From Eledone cirrhosa (lineage: Eukaryota), in the NCBI GenBank assembly GCA_964016885.1, contig OZ024747.1, positions 20,274,001-20,338,000 of the forward strand: 64,000 nucleotides of DNA. The letters are read 5' to 3'. The notes under the pieces were generated by a model. It was not told the DNA's origin. It searched no databases and saw only the letters and a program-made list of their open reading frames with translations. Position 1 is the stretch's first letter. Every line of letters begins with the position of its first letter. Of the stretch, positions 13,388 through 28,631 are shown piece by piece. The position numbers were made by a program, and so were the translations under genes.

Positions 13388-13960
13388 ACACGTAAAATAA
13401 GAAAATTATAAAATTAACTTACTTACTAAAATATCACTTCCAACTAATTAGTTTCTGGAATGGAGTAGATATATTTTCCGAAGAATAATATACAGAGAAG
13501 CATTCCGTCGTCAGGAATGTCTATTCTCATGTAAGTTTCCAGGCAAAGCGAGGACACTGGAAACTTATTAAAAAATAATTCAGTGGATGGGAAATAGCAA
13601 AGCGTGGACTGAATTCCAAGCCATTGAGAAAATCACTGCCTCTACGTCTGTGGCAAATTCAAAAAGAATCGAACACGTGACATCGAGGTCAATCAGTGGA
13701 AAGTGGTTTGCTAATAAGACAGCGGCCTGCCTACAACCGTAGCAGCAGTCATGGCCAATATTGCTCGACAAATAATTTGGAGATAATAATAAAGAATTCA
13801 TATCTAGTAACATATATATACATACAGATGCATATCAATGCTAGCAAATATATAGGTTTTGTCTTAATAACAGTGTGGTTCAATGCATGTGGTTGCAGAA
13901 CAATAATATAAGAGACGTAAAATAAGAAAATTATAAAATTAACTTACTTACTAAAATATA
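13385..13960 (-). mobile_element. Family D element with a terminal direct repeat (pseudo-LTR-like, ~525-bp unit)
   Basis: cgtaaaataagaaaattataaaattaacttacttactaaaatat at ~13391 and ~13915. Confidence 0.75.
13438..13518 (-). ncRNA. Type I hammerhead ribozyme (family D)
   Basis: Minus strand: attc-CTGACGA-c ggaatg...cattcc a-GAAA-ctaattag-TT-ggaa. Confidence 0.7.
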
Positions 13961-14673
13961 TATATATGTGTGTGTGTGTGTGTATGTATATATATATACA
14001 TATATATATAAAGAGAGGGAGAGAGGAAGTTAGAGAGAGAGAGAGAGAATATGATTCACTGAATGCTCTACTACTACCATTGCAGACCGGTAGAGAATTC
14101 TATGGGTCTGACATCTCGGGTACCAGCACCCCCCATTCTTGGTTTACGTTTAACTCTTAACTTCACCTTCGCAAAAGAAACAAGCTGTAGAAAGACAAGT
14201 CAAACAAAGAGTGACCACATTTATTCACCGCCTTGCAAATCTCTAGATACCACACCATTATCGCATTTCTGAGCATTTCTACTCATGTCACTACGAATAT
14301 CACGTCTATAGGTCACAGACACTTTTGTCCCATCTGCCAGACCCTTTAGAAGTAGTTTTCTATCAGCCTATATTTGGGGGGCGACATTACCTACCTCGCT
14401 TGTAACCTCATAAAATGTAGTTTGGTTAAATAGATTCCCGATTAACGTCTACTTCTAATTTGGCCGACGTGAGATTTGAACTCAGGATGCGAGAAATCAG
14501 TACAAATATCACAGGTCATGTCTTCCAGCACTAACAATTCCACCAATCTACAGTCTTCAACTATGGTTTATTAAACTTTGACCAACTACGACCATCGCAT
14601 CGCATACACACGCACACACCCACATACACCCACCACCCACACACACATATATATTATACCCAATTTATTAATC

Positions 14674-14753
<80 letters not shown>

Positions 14754-14840
14754 GAGATGAATGAATTGGGCATAATATCTGTTTATTACCAAATGCGAAG
14801 AAGCTCAATACATTAACCACTTAGGAAAGTGTATTAATTT

Positions 14841-14911
<71 letters not shown>

Positions 14912-15803
14912 AACTACCAAAACACACATCTATTTGTACTCTTTGTACTATTTGTATATGCGCTACAGTTTATGTACGTGTTATCTTTATCGCATATCAA
15001 AGTCTTCACAATATTTCAGAGTGCAGAGATTTAAACTGATCACTAAAACTAAATTGAAACAAATTTGGCCTCCCCCCATTTCATAAATGCTTCCACCGCC
15101 TGTGTGGCATTCCAAATATCCCCGTGGTATATTTTCAGGCGTACTGTAACTCTAACCTACACATTAAAAACAAAACACTATCATATGAATGAGAAGTGGC
15201 TGCTATTTCTAGCAGTTTGAACAAAGAAATATAGCTTGCTAGAGTCGCTCCTGTTATTCCTGTATATGTTTTCCTTCTCGTCGTTGATGCTCTTTTTATT
15301 GTTATGGATAGTGCGGTCGCTCCCGTCAGTGTTGTTTTATTTCTTTGTTTGTTATTGATGTTGTTGTTTCTATTATAATTGTTCCTATTGGCTGCTGCAA
15401 TTATTAGAGTTGTTAGTTCTGGTATTGGGTTGATTTTCTTCATTTTTGTTTTGTTTATCATGGCTCATGTTATTACGGTTAATAGCTATAATGCATTTCT
15501 TTTTATTGCAGCTCTTGTTGTTATTGCTGTTATTCTTATTGTTATTATACTTTAATGATTGCTACTGCTGCTGCCAGTGTTTTTGAAGCTGATGTTATTG
15601 ATGCTGAAGTTGTATGTATTGTTGCTTCCACTCCCACATACAGAAGAGTCTTGTGTAAATACTAGAGCTAATTGAACATAAAATACAAGTGAACTCTGAT
15701 GATTTATTCAGCGTTATGAAGGACTCACTGTGTAACTCATATTCACTAGACTCTATTGATTGCTATCAATTCTATTCAATATACATAATACATACATACA
15801 TAC

Positions 15804-15886
<83 letters not shown>

Positions 15887-15898
15887 GATAGATGATAG

Positions 15899-15931
<33 letters not shown>

Positions 15932-15948
15932 GATATAGATATATATAA

Positions 15949-16028
15949 CAAAGATGGTGTGGTAAGATACCAGGTGGACCATAACGCACCAGATTACTCG
16001 ATAGTTGGGGGTCGTAGAGTGGGTAATA
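15949..16028 (-). mobile_element. Family G fragment
   Basis: ccaggtggaccataacgcacca matches 56060 and, in reverse, 38310 and 61903. Confidence 0.7.
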
Positions 16029-16329
16029 TGTATATGTGTATATCGCATAGGTACACACACGTACAGTGAGCATAGTTCTTGAATGTCTGTTTCGTTAACT
16101 AATTAATGTTTCACCCCGTTGTATCTACGTATGTAAAGCTGGCATTCCAACGAAGCCTTTCAAGTTACCTTGAACACTCGTTTTAGAAACCTGGGTTGAC
16201 AAAATGGTAAAAAAAAAAGTATCTGGTGTAGATTTGACATCAGATAATGCCATGATCAAGCAGTCAGATTCATCCAATATATCTTGCCCTCCACTAAACG
16301 ATAAAACTAATCCTCAACCTTAGACAGGT

Positions 16330-16630
16330 GTTCATATAAACGACATAAATCTCCATATAGCAACTGAGATCAAGAAAGCAATCAAAGCGATGGAAATTAA
16401 CAAAGCACTAGGCGTTGACTGATTCCCTGAAAAGAAACCTTAGACAGGCGTTGTCAGTGTCTTATTTGATCTATTTAAGAACATCTGTTAGAATGATGCC
16501 GTTCTAATGGACTGATCAAAAGGAATCATTTCTAAACTTCCAAAAGAAATCAATTTACAGAACTGCAATAGCTGACGTGGTATCACATGTATTTTCATCA
16601 CTCGTAAACTTTTCTGTACAGTATTCTCTA
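16330..16630 (+). pseudogene. Decayed RTE-like LINE, N-terminal part of the reverse transcriptase
   Basis: TEIKKAIKAMEINKALGVD*FPE...LFDLFKNIC*NDAVLMD*SKGIISKLPKEINLQNCNS*RGIT. Confidence 0.7.
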
Positions 16631-16686
16631 GTTACTTATAGTTTATGTGTAATATATTTTGCCTGTAATATATTTTGCTTGTATCT

Positions 16687-16865
16687 ATTGGCAGTATCGG
16701 TAGAGGGTTGGACGTCATGCTTTGACGCATAGAGTTACGGCCCTTTCCATTCTGAGTTCAAATCCCGCCGAGGTCAACTTTGCTTTTCATCCTTACGGGG
16801 TCGATAAAATAAAGTACCGGTAATGTACTGGGTAATTGCTGGCCTTGTGCCATAAGTAGAAACAT
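16687..16865 (+). mobile_element. tRNA-derived SINE
   Basis: Consensus match with A and B boxes. Confidence 0.9.
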
Positions 16866-16890
16866 TTATATCTATCTTTCTATTTATATA

Positions 16891-17072
16891 TAATTGTTTC
16901 TACTTTTGGCACAAGGCCAGCAATTATTCCAGTGCATTACTGGTACTTTATTTTATCGACCCCGTAAGGATGAAAGGCAAAGTTAACCTCGGCGGGATTT
17001 GAACTCAGATCATAAAGGGAGGTAACTCTATGCTTCAAAGCATGGCGTCCGACCCTTACCGATACTGCCAAT
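16891..17072 (-). mobile_element. tRNA-derived SINE, tail-to-tail with the previous copy
   Basis: Reverse consensus match. Confidence 0.9.
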
Positions 17073-17104
17073 ATATATAATGATGCGTAAACACGCATTA
17101 AGGC

Positions 17105-18285
17105 TACGGCACCTCTACGTATTCCTCACCGGACAACCGGTGTGGGCCTCGTTTGTGAGATGAACCTTTCCCAGACTCGTCTCACTCACCGAGCTGCAAT
17201 CCTGGGTCAAGCAAAGACCGAGAAAACTGGGCGCCTGGCACACTGAGTGTGCCCAGGCGCTCACCGCCCTCTGGCAGGCGGATCCGGTTATCAGTGGAGA
17301 CTCCACCGCAACATTCTATAGAGGGCTGGTACGCAGCAGGTGCGACGACGCCCTCGGAGAAGCCCTAGACATGGAGGAGGACGAACTGGCCAGCCTGTTC
17401 GGTAGGACATTCAGCCCGGGACCTATAGACAACTTCCAGAAGTCCCTGGCCTGGCAGTGCTACCGAGGGGGCTTTACCCGTTCGAGAAAGGCTCTACAGA
17501 TACGGGCGCCCGGGTAGGGACCCCGCCAAAAAGATCTGTCCCAGATGCGTGTGCGACGAGGAAACCGTTGCACACGCATTGGTACACTGCTCGGGCGTAG
17601 CCGATCTGTGGGGCTATGTCGAACAACTGCTGTCAAGGGTGGGACCGATCCGGTTGACCACCGAGTCTATTGTAATGATCAAGCCGCCTCCCCCCTTCAA
17701 AGATGAAGCAGAGGCGGTGTTTCTGTGCGTAATAGCCATGGCGAAAGAGGTTGTATGGTGGACGCGTCTGAAAGGACTGAGGTCAGGCACCTTTCTCTCT
17801 GGCCAACAACTGGTCCGTTTCTTCCGATATCATTTCGGAAGAAGGATCAGGATGGAGAGAGAGGTGCTGCACCCCAGCCGTTTCTATGAAAGATGGGTGA
17901 AAGTGGCGAGAATGGCCCGTGTGAATGGGCCTTCACTCTACATCAGACTATAGGTGAGGAAGATGAAAGACCAAGGCAGCACCCCTTCTCTGTGCTCCTG
18001 AGGAGAAGGGTTGCACACTTTTTTCGGGGGTGTGTGCGACCCCCCAAGGCGCCTCCTCTCTATTGAGGATTTTGTTATAAATTTTATTTTTTGTTATATC
18101 TTATTTTATTTTTATATTTTGTTATTGCCTCCTCCTTATTGAGGACGCCTTTTTGTGTAAACTCCCCCCTTTGTACTTGTCCCACTTTTGATGCCCTAGT
18201 GGCAAATAAAAGAAACATATCTATTTATATATATTTGTCCCCTTCTTTTGTGCCGCTGTGGCTAATAAAGAAACATATCTATCTA
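17105..18285 (+). mobile_element. 5'-truncated L1/Tx1-like LINE 3' end with a zf-RVT CCHC region
   Basis: GC-rich; ...FQKSLAWQCYRG.. (frameshift) ..CPRCVCDEETVAHALVHC..LWGYV (ORF to 17953); 3' UTR ending aataaaagaaac, then (TATC)n. Confidence 0.8.
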
Positions 18286-19549
18286 TTTATATCTATCTAT
18301 TTATCTGTCTATATGTCTATCTGTCTATCCGTCCGTCTGTCTATCTATGTATCTATCAATATATCTATCTATCTCTATCTCTCCGTTCATCTAGGGGATT
18401 ACGATTTAGGAGTTCTAAAATCCCTGCACCCAGTACACAATACGTAAGGGAGAAGAGTGTAGTTATTAGAATGAGTTGTTGTCCGATGGCAGAGTGCGTA
18501 CGGTTTCGACATCAAATTGTAAGATTTTATTAGTTCAACTGTAAGGCAGAAACAACTAATAGCTCTATATATAGATATAAACATATACATATATATATAT
18601 ATGAATGTGTGTGTGTGAGTGTGTCTATGTGTGTGTGTGGGTCTGTATGTATATATATATGTATATATATATACATATATAACCTAGAGCCTATTGTCAT
18701 TAAATGTAATAAGGTAATGCCACTTAATGCATTATTAATTTATTATTATAGTACCCATAGTCCTAGTTTAAAGTGTTAATAAAATTACTATTTATTCTCT
18801 CATTAGTTCTTGTATAATGCATATTGGTGTATTCGTTTATTTCTTGATACTTCTGAACACATTAATTTGAACATCTTTATTTATTTCCCTATCATGTAGT
18901 TATCTTTTCCCGAACTCCCGCGTGAACTTTACAGAATCCTGATTATATTATCACACGTAGGATTTAAGAGTATATACCTTTTGAAAGAAGTTGTACATCA
19001 TTTTCTAACGTTATTTATTAATTAATTCACTTCTTCGTTGCAAAACGCTTCAGATCATTTTATACATAATAGATGTTTTATAATCCTATAATAGTTGGAT
19101 CCATATCTAGTTTGTGTTAGTAGTGTAGACAGAGATTTTATGACTAAACGGTACAGTGTCAGTCAGTAGGTTCCAGCTTACAATATTAATCTATTAAAGA
19201 AGGATACGTATACATTTATCCATTTATCGATCAATCATTGGTGGAAAACATCAACGTTATTTAATCATTATCTATATTAATATTACTCGTAACGCTTTTG
19301 TTCTGGCAGATGTTATACCGAAACTATACCGAAAGGGCGAGCCATAGCCAATGGTCAAAGGTTCTTTGAGTCATTCCTTCTCCATCAATTTTTCACCCCC
19401 CCCCCCCAACCCTTATAATCCTTGCTGTTCCTAGCAAAGCTGTTTTCTACAACACTCCTTTCCTGCTGGTAATTGCTAGCTTCTCAAGCCATGCGTCCAA
19501 CCTTTTACTAACTGCATCCAGTCAGTAAAAGGTTGGACTATTGGCGTTA

Positions 19550-19730
19550 TTTGGCAGTATCGGTAAAGGGTCGGACGCCATGCTTTGCAGCATAGTTACG
19601 TCCCTTTACGGACTGAGTTCAAAACCCGCCGAGGTTAACTTTGCCTTTCATCCATAAGGGGTCAATAAAATAAAGTACCAGTAATACACTGGGATAATTG
19701 CTGGCCTTGTTCCAAAGGTAGAAACAGTTA
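19550..19730 (+). mobile_element. tRNA-derived SINE
   Basis: Consensus match. Confidence 0.9.
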
Positions 19731-20397
19731 TTAGCTAATATGAAAGGATCTTTTCCCTGCTACTCACTTAATTCAAAGTTTACATTGAATTCCGTGGCGT
19801 ATTTTCTACATTCCTTTCGGAGTAAGTGGTAGTTTTATTGTTTTCAGCACTAAAACCTATTCTAGCATCCAATGTTCCTTTATTTGCCGGATTTTGGTGC
19901 TAGACATGCTTGGATTTTATACAGACTTTCCGTTTTTCAATTAACGTTTTCTATGATGGCGTGCAGTAATAAATTTTCTGCTCAGATATCTTTCCCTTCT
20001 ACATGTATTTTTCTTCATATCTATCAATGCATTTGTTTTATGTATATGGTCTATTCCTAAAAGTTTTTATACATATTTACTTGGTGGATCTTCTTTTATA
20101 TGGGTATTAACTAATTCAATGGAAATCATCATTTGGCTACTGAAACTATTTTATTCTGATAGACTCGTTTGTAAGCCTTCTGTATTTAAGTTTCATGTGT
20201 TCAAGAATTTTAAGATCAGCATTATATAACTTTTTGATTTATGTGGCTTTCTTAATAATTGATATTGCAATTTCAATTTTATGTATCTTCGTCTCTACAA
20301 CAATATTAGCTGCTGAGTTATATAAACTATTGCCATTCGGAGAAGTTAACATCTGAGTTAACATACTACATTCATTTTGCTTTCTCATTGGTTTAGG

Positions 20398-22005
20398 ATG
20401 ATAATAATATAATAATAATGAAAATATTGTGTACAGTGCTCAGGTGCACTACAACTCATCAAACGTGTATGTATAGTACATAGGGTAATGTACAAACGTC
20501 AGGAAAATGAACAGTGCATGAGTGATGATATACACATGTGTGCATGTGTATGGAAGGGAGACATCAGGTGTAGTTTTGGCGAATTTCGGGAAGCATGAGG
20601 GTTTTAAAGGATGCAGTGTCTCGACAGCTAACAACTGACACAGGCAGTTTGTTCCATGCTGCAGCAACTCTAAGCGTGAAAAATGTTTCCGAAAGTCATG
20701 GGAGCTGTGCTGTTTTCTGACTTGGTAGGCATGTCCACGTGTGTTAGACACATGGAGATCAAAAAGGTGCTCAGGGTTGTTGTTGGCGAGATGGTTAATA
20801 ACTTTGTGGGTATTTACTAAGTCCATTGCCAGACGTCGGAGCTTCAATGAGTTCATTTCCAGGGAAGCAGGGCGTTGAGAGTATGGTAGGTGTCTGATGG
20901 AGTGTATGATCTTGGTTGCACGTCTCTGAACAGTTTCCAGGAGGTCAATGTTCTGAGCAAGATAGGGATTCCAGATTGATGATGCGAATTCTAAGTGTCG
21001 TAGTACCATAGCTGTATACAGCTTTAAATAGATGGCTGGAGAGCGGCTAACAAAGGTCTTGCTGAGTGATGCCAAGACACCCTCGGCCTTCTTGACAATT
21101 TTAGAGATGTCCAACGCAAATCGCTGCTGACAGTAATGCCCAGGTCACGTTTACAAGAGGACTTCTTGATATCAGTTTCGTGGAGAGATTATGTGGACGC
21201 TGGGTTTTTCCTCCCAAAATGCATGGTGGTACACTTGTCCACAGCCAGCTTCAGTTGCCAGTCTGTGATCGATTGCTGAATTTTGTCCAGGTCTGATTGT
21301 AGGAAAGAGTTATAGATTTCAGGGTCTGTCCATTTGATTTCAAGGTACAGCTTGATGTCATCTGCATATTTCAGTACCGTTGCATTCTTTAAGTTGGCAT
21401 CTATGTCATTAATGTATGGAACAAACAAAAGGGGGCGAAGAAGAGATCCCTGTGGTACACCAGATGACATCTCATATGGTGAAGAATGCTGTCCTAGAAC
21501 CGTGACTACCTCTTTTCCGCTGAGAATGAAGAATTTCAACCAGTTAAAAAGATCATCCTTCACACCCATTGCAGAGATTTTCGCCATAAGTTTTTTGTGT
21601 GGCACAGAATTAAAAGCCTTAGCGAAGTCAAGGTAAACAACATCCACCCATGAGCCGCTGTCAGTGATCCGGGTAATGTCTTCAAGGAACTCGATAAGCT
21701 GATCACAGCAGCTAGAGTTAGGGATAAATCCAAATTGCGAGGGCCGGATGAGGCTGTGAGAGCTCCAGAAGTTCCAAAGTGTTTCTCTGACACAGGATTC
21801 CATTAGTTTGGCAATACAGCTAGTAAGACTGACTGGGCGATAGTTGACATATGACGTACGGTCGCCCTTTTTGAACAGGAGAATGACACTGGCAGTTTTC
21901 CACTGATCCGGAGTAGCACCATTGTTGAGACAGTATTGAAAGAAGAAAGAAAGCTGGCGCAAAAGGAAGTACCCGCCACGTTTGAGAAGCAGGTATGTAA
22001 CACCA
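20398..22005 (-). mobile_element. 5'-truncated CR1-like LINE (RT domain plus C-terminus, disrupted)
   Basis: NYRPVSLTS, QFGF, YLDFAKAFNSV, SGVPQGS, YADD, LETVQRRATK motifs (ORFs 21189-21962 and 20449-21114); (TAT)n tail at ~20400. Confidence 0.92.
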
Positions 22006-22553
22006 TGAAGACATGGTTGTTGTTGTTTCTGATGTTATTCCACAGGATTAGCAGCAGAAGCCAGTGTCATAGGTTTTTGTCGTTGTTAGCTGGACCATCT
22101 CCCAGAGTCCATCCATCGTAGCATTGTAATTTCCATTGCTATACTTTGCGTGTGGTTCTGGTGTGTAGATTATGTGTAACAGGAATTGTGTTTTATTGTT
22201 GTGTGGTTAATATATTTCATACGTGCTGTCTGACTGGTGTTATTTGATGCAGTGTCGTGCAGTGTAGAGAACGCAGTCTATGGTGTGTTTATCAATTAAT
22301 GTGTTGCAGCTGTGTAGAATGTAAGTTGCATGAGGTATTGCTACTATAATATCAAATCGGAGTAGGGGCTTGTGGTGCGTTATGTAATTAAATATAGATG
22401 ACGTAGAGTATGTTATGATATTTACGGGGTGGTTAATTTACAGGATATATGTTGTATATTGGAGTAGTGCTTTTAAATTGAACGTATCTTGTGTATGATG
22501 TAGGGTGTAAGGTTGTTGTTGTGATGATGATGATGATAATATATATATGTATG

Positions 22554-22608
<55 letters not shown>

Positions 22609-22675
22609 AAATATATATTTATGTAAATATAAACATGTGTGTGCGTAAATATCTCTCTCTCTGTATATATATATT

Positions 22676-22902
<227 letters not shown>

Positions 22903-22910
22903 GTAGAGAG

Positions 22911-22966
<56 letters not shown>

Positions 22967-25335
22967 GGATAGATATTATTTATGTCATTTCTGTGGAAAG
23001 CCAAGAAAAGTGATGCTAAAAAAGTACATTAAAGAGAAAGTAAAGGTATCGAAAAGGTGAAATTATAGAAAACGTATAAAAAGATTGGTTTGTCAATAAT
23101 TGATTTAAACATTTCTTCAGAAAAAAAAGTGTTCATAGTCAATTCGCACGGTTCGGTTAGGAGAAAATTGGCTGACACGAAATGCTAAAGACGTACACAC
23201 ACACACACAGACACACACACACACACATACTCACACACACAGACGCGTGCATACACACATATATATATATATATATGTGTGCGTATGTGTGTGTGTGTAT
23301 ATATATACATATATGTGTGTATATATATAGATAGAAATATATATACATATATATATTTGTTCGTATATATAAATGTATATATAGATATAGATATACATAC
23401 ATTCTATATCAATTTTCCTGAGGCATATTATTTTTTATTGTTGCATGTCTGGCACTCCCCAATATCTATTAAATTTCAAATAAGACCCACAATTAGTACC
23501 CGCTGAGACACAACTATTTGAAAAACTAAGTAAAGACACGCATCATTCATACAACTGCTACAAATATTTCTACATCATCAATCATTATGACTGCACCTTG
23601 ACCTTAGATTTCGAAACTCTTGAAAACTTATATCATGGTTATTTCTTATTAATATTAAGATTAAGATACACGATATTCTTCTTCTACTTATATTAACAAA
23701 AACTGAGTATTTGGATTATCATTGTGAATGCTCTTTGCTAAGAAGGTTTTGTATATTAACATTGGTCTCCTTTATTCAGTGCAGTTGAAATGTTCACATA
23801 ACATACGTTAGATGATAGTTGAATTCTAATCCTGTTGGTCCGTATTGGAAAACGTTTCATGATATCTTGCCTTATTCATATCCGACCTAGTGATATACAA
23901 AAGTTATAGCGATTAGTTACTTTTATCATTCCCTATTGAAATTATGTTCGAAATCAATTTTCTATGAATAATTATTTAATATATTTATTTACTTTCGATA
24001 TTCAGTCATAGTTCAGTCAAGTGAGATGATGAGTTCTTCTCAGATTTGATTCAGTTTTAATTATTTTAACATTCTTCTAACACAGAAATCGTGAGCGGTC
24101 TTCTGCAATATAGCCAGTTTAAATTTCAGATTTAGCCCATATACTTTGAAAGACAATCGTCAGCTTCTACATTGTCTATAAGTCTCAAATAAGCAATATT
24201 TAAACAATATCATAAACCAATCATCTGGAGAGTGTAGCTTTTTGAATCATCATCAAAATTTAGATATAATACTTTCTTATATATGATTTGCAAGAAACAC
24301 GAAGAAATAAGAAATTTAATAGTTTTATAAGTCTGTCAGATTTTCAAAAATAAATAAGAGTGACAATAAATAATTTCCATAGTTATATTACTGAAACATT
24401 TAATAAAAATAATTGGAAATTGTTATTAATCACATAATATCGTTAATATGTCACCTTTCAGTTCGTATTAAGATTTCAATATATATTTTGGAACGCTAAA
24501 GGAAAGTTTCTAGTGTGAAATTATACTACACTTTAAAATGTTGTATCTTGAGTATATAATAGATATCTAAAGTATACATATAAAATAAATATTTATGTTG
24601 ATTTCTAAATATTTGTAAAACATCGTATCAATGATCTGACTGTTATCAAAACGTCCACAGTATATCTTATAGGTACAAAACCTCAATTTTAAAACATGAT
24701 TATTGATCTGAAATCAATATTGCTAGATATGCTGAAATAAATAAAAAAAATTTCGGATATTATTGAAAAGGACAGCCTAAAATTTAGTTAGTTTCGACAG
24801 CAACCGATTCTCCCATATATAAGTTATCACATTTTACATATAAGCAGAAGTATTGATAAGATGCTCGCCGACTTATTTCCTAACTGAAGTGCATATCAAT
24901 TGCTTTACAAAACATTTATTTTCTAACAGGTTGAAGTCATACATTGTGATGTGGCAGTGAAAAATAATTATCAACATTGACATATCCATTTACTTTAAAG
25001 ATGGATGGTTCAAATGTAAATTAAGATGAAAATTCCAATCCTTAGGTTTACTCTGGGAATATTCAAGAAAAATTTGTTTTCTGGTCATATTTGTTTGTTT
25101 CTTGGCTCCAGAAGCTATACTTATTTTAAGTAATTACTCCCCCAAGATTAAAGTGCGCTCCATCACTCTTCAAATAGGCATAAGACAAATAGATATTTTC
25201 GAAGAGATAATTGATAAACGTCACACATTTTCTTCCACTATTTCAGTGAACATTTGAACTAGAGATAGCTGAAAATAATAATACACCTCAATAACACATT
25301 CGGAACTCCAATTTAAATGAGGAATTACAGAAACG

Positions 25336-25551
<216 letters not shown>

Positions 25552-25948
25552 CATATTCACACATATATATATATGCATGCAAGGGTGTGGGTTTGTGTGT
25601 ACTTGTCAGCTGTCAACAATTAAAGCCAGAAGGAATAACGTTTATAGTGCTATATTTGTTGCTGGAAATGCGTTTTGAATTTTATTTGATCTTGTTATCA
25701 ATCAAAGATTTACAACAATATTTCGTTTCCAAATAAGAATTCTGCATAATATTAAATAAACTTATTAATACGAGGAATATGACATGATTAAAAGATTTCC
25801 GATTTCTAAGCAAATAAAATGAAAGTCGGGCCCGTTCGATACACGATCGTAACTTGAGCTGATCAATTGCGAAACACACGTCACACCTAAATAAACTTAA
25901 TGATGATACTTTGATACCTTATTCCTACTCATTATGTATATAATAGAA

Positions 25949-26130
25949 GGGCGGTGGATTGGCAGTATCGGTAGAGAGTCGGACGCCATGCTTTCCAGCA
26001 TAGTTACGTCCCTTTGCAGTCTGAGTTCAAATCCCGCCGAGGTTAACTTTGCCTTTCATCCTTACGGGGTCGATAAAATAAAGTACCAGTAATGTACTGG
26101 GTAATTGATGGCCTTGTGCCAAAAGTACAA
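25949..26130 (+). mobile_element. tRNA-derived SINE
   Basis: Full-length consensus match. Confidence 0.92.
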
Positions 26131-26231
26131 ATAATTATGTATATAATAGTTCTTAGAAGAAGAAGAAGAAGAAGATCAGATATATCAGCCAAAACAGAAG
26201 ATATATAGTATATGCATATACACATATATAT

Positions 26232-26262
<31 letters not shown>

Positions 26263-26390
26263 CGTATATATATATATAATCTTGTGATTCTATAGACATC
26301 TTTTATGATATATAGCTCTGATTATTTAATTTATTAAATTTTCATTGAGCCACAAAGTGACCCGTTGCAAAACACGTATATGTATGTATG

Positions 26391-26432
<42 letters not shown>

Positions 26433-27509
26433 AATATATTACACAAAGAGAAGTGTGTTGCACAGTGAGATGTGTGTAAAGAGTTATTACAAATATATAT
26501 ATATAGTTGTGTATAATGGCAGCTATGGTGCTTCCATAGGCGGTATGCCAAAATTAGCACTCAATATTCAGCAGAGTAGAGTGTAGATAGCATAAAGAAA
26601 ACGAAAAATTAGTGATGCATCTTGACATAATTTATTGCGTGTTTCGCCGGCAGGTAGTTCGAGACATGGTCCTTGTTTGGATCCCGCTGATTCTACTTCT
26701 GCAGCTTCTTTCAGACATGGGTATTTCGTTTGGAGCAAATTTTATGACTGGGGTGTTGTCATCAAAGAACACTCTAAAATCACCCTACTCCCACCCTTGT
26801 CATGCCACTGGCTGTTTTTAGTCCACGTCTTCACAGGTTCTGTTCAATATTTACTGCCACACGGGTCATCAGCCATTTTCCGTCCGACACATTTAGATGG
26901 AGTCATGCTGGGTTCAGCATCTCACACGTCTGTTCACACTTCAGAGTAAGCACCCACACATACTAATATACACACACACATGCAGACACCGACTGATTTA
27001 TGCATACACACACGTACGCCTAGATGCGCAGAGGCACACACACACACATACATACATATATGTATATATACACACAAACTCACTCCCTCACCTCCACGGA
27101 ACCAGTGACACCCACTTGTAGATACATATCGCCACAAGCCTTTTGGCGGCTGCTTAATTCGCGCCATGTATCCGCTGGGATAAGCATCGCCTACTCAAGC
27201 ATACACCTATATACATACATACGCCCAACCTTATATACATTTATATATCTATATATACACACTCAAACACACACATATATACATAAACACAAATACATAC
27301 ATATACACATACACACATGCATATACATGTATATATATACACATATATTCATACATACATACATATATACATACATACACATATAAATATATATATATAT
27401 ATACTCACACATGCCCACATACATACAAACTACGCATACGTACACAAACATTACATACACACGTACATACACACGCACACACACACACATACACACACAC
27501 ATATATATA

Positions 27510-27549
<40 letters not shown>

Positions 27550-27732
27550 TATAATTTAATTGTTCTATATTTTGTATCTCTGCTCTGTAATACAACTGAT
27601 AATTCGCATTCAGCTTTTTCTCTTACTGATAATTGGGTAGTGAGTAATACTACCCTTTCATATTTATAATTATATATAACTCATATATAAGTATATATAT
27701 ATAATTATCATATATATATATATGTAGATATA

Positions 27733-27817
<85 letters not shown>

Positions 27818-27820
<3 letters not shown>

Positions 27821-28133
27821 AAAGTTATATTTAAATTGTTGGGATACAACAGGCAAATATTTTTATAACTAATATAAAGCACTCAACAAATAAATGGAGT
27901 AAAAATACCATATTAACAAATGAAAACTATATTTATAAATAAATATTGACTATCCGGGAGCTTCCAACAGTAATGGTTGCATTCGTTAAGGGTATGTCAA
28001 TATTTATTTATAAAACTGCTCTATATTATATTTTATCTGATGACAGCACACCATAATTTAACTTGGTGTCCTTGAAATATGTATAATGAAATAAATATGG
28101 TTTTATAAATATAGGTTCCATTTGTTAATATCG
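27818..28133. mobile_element. Family I hammerhead mini-element with inverted segments
   Basis: Homologous to 55061-55416 and 56579-56820; flanked by (TA)n. Confidence 0.8.
28029..28093 (+). ncRNA. Type I hammerhead ribozyme (family I)
   Basis: tattttat-CTGATGA-cagc acacca taatttaact tggtgt cctt-GAAA-tatgta-TA-atgaaata. Confidence 0.75.
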
Positions 28134-28169
28134 TATATATATATATATGTATATATATATAGTATATAT

Positions 28170-28389
28170 ATATTTATTAAAATAACAGATTAAATTTTAA
28201 GCAAAGAATCGCTGCTTTCACGCTTAACGGGAGTTTCAGAAGATCCCGTTAAGGGTGAAAGCAGCGATTCTTTGCTTAAAATTTAATCTGTTATTTTAAT
28301 AAATATTTGCTCCACGGTTCTTATATATTTGATATATATTTATCCTTATCGAGCCCTCTTTGGATTTTAGTCTTCAAATTTATTATTAT

Positions 28390-28393
<4 letters not shown>
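28170..28393. mobile_element. Family C palindromic element
   Basis: Arms ~28170-28233 / 28244-28307, then a unique extension. Confidence 0.8.
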
Positions 28394-28427
<34 letters not shown>

Positions 28428-28449
28428 GTATGTATATATATATGTATGT

Positions 28450-28631
28450 AAGAGGGTGGGACTGGCTTTGTGCAGTGCCTTTGCTCACTATAAAAGCTTC
28501 ACGGCACAGGCATTTATTCATACCTGGTCGCTGGCTGAACTAAAAAGTGACATTCGTTCAGCGCATTGGTAGGGGTTCTCCTACATGGATATAAAGTAGT
28601 GACCGTACTCGAAAACGAGTTGGCAGCCACC

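Noticed and set aside
21334-22121. Alternative-frame and antisense ORFs over the CR1-like LINE
   Set aside because: Shadow ORFs of the RT coding frame.
23806-23886. Minus-strand exon candidate with plausible splice sites
   Set aside because: All three frames contain stops when read from the acceptor; only an internal ATG frame is open, and nothing else supports it.
26612-26949. ORFs of 69-104 aa
   Set aside because: No convincing domain; possibly a very old LINE fragment.
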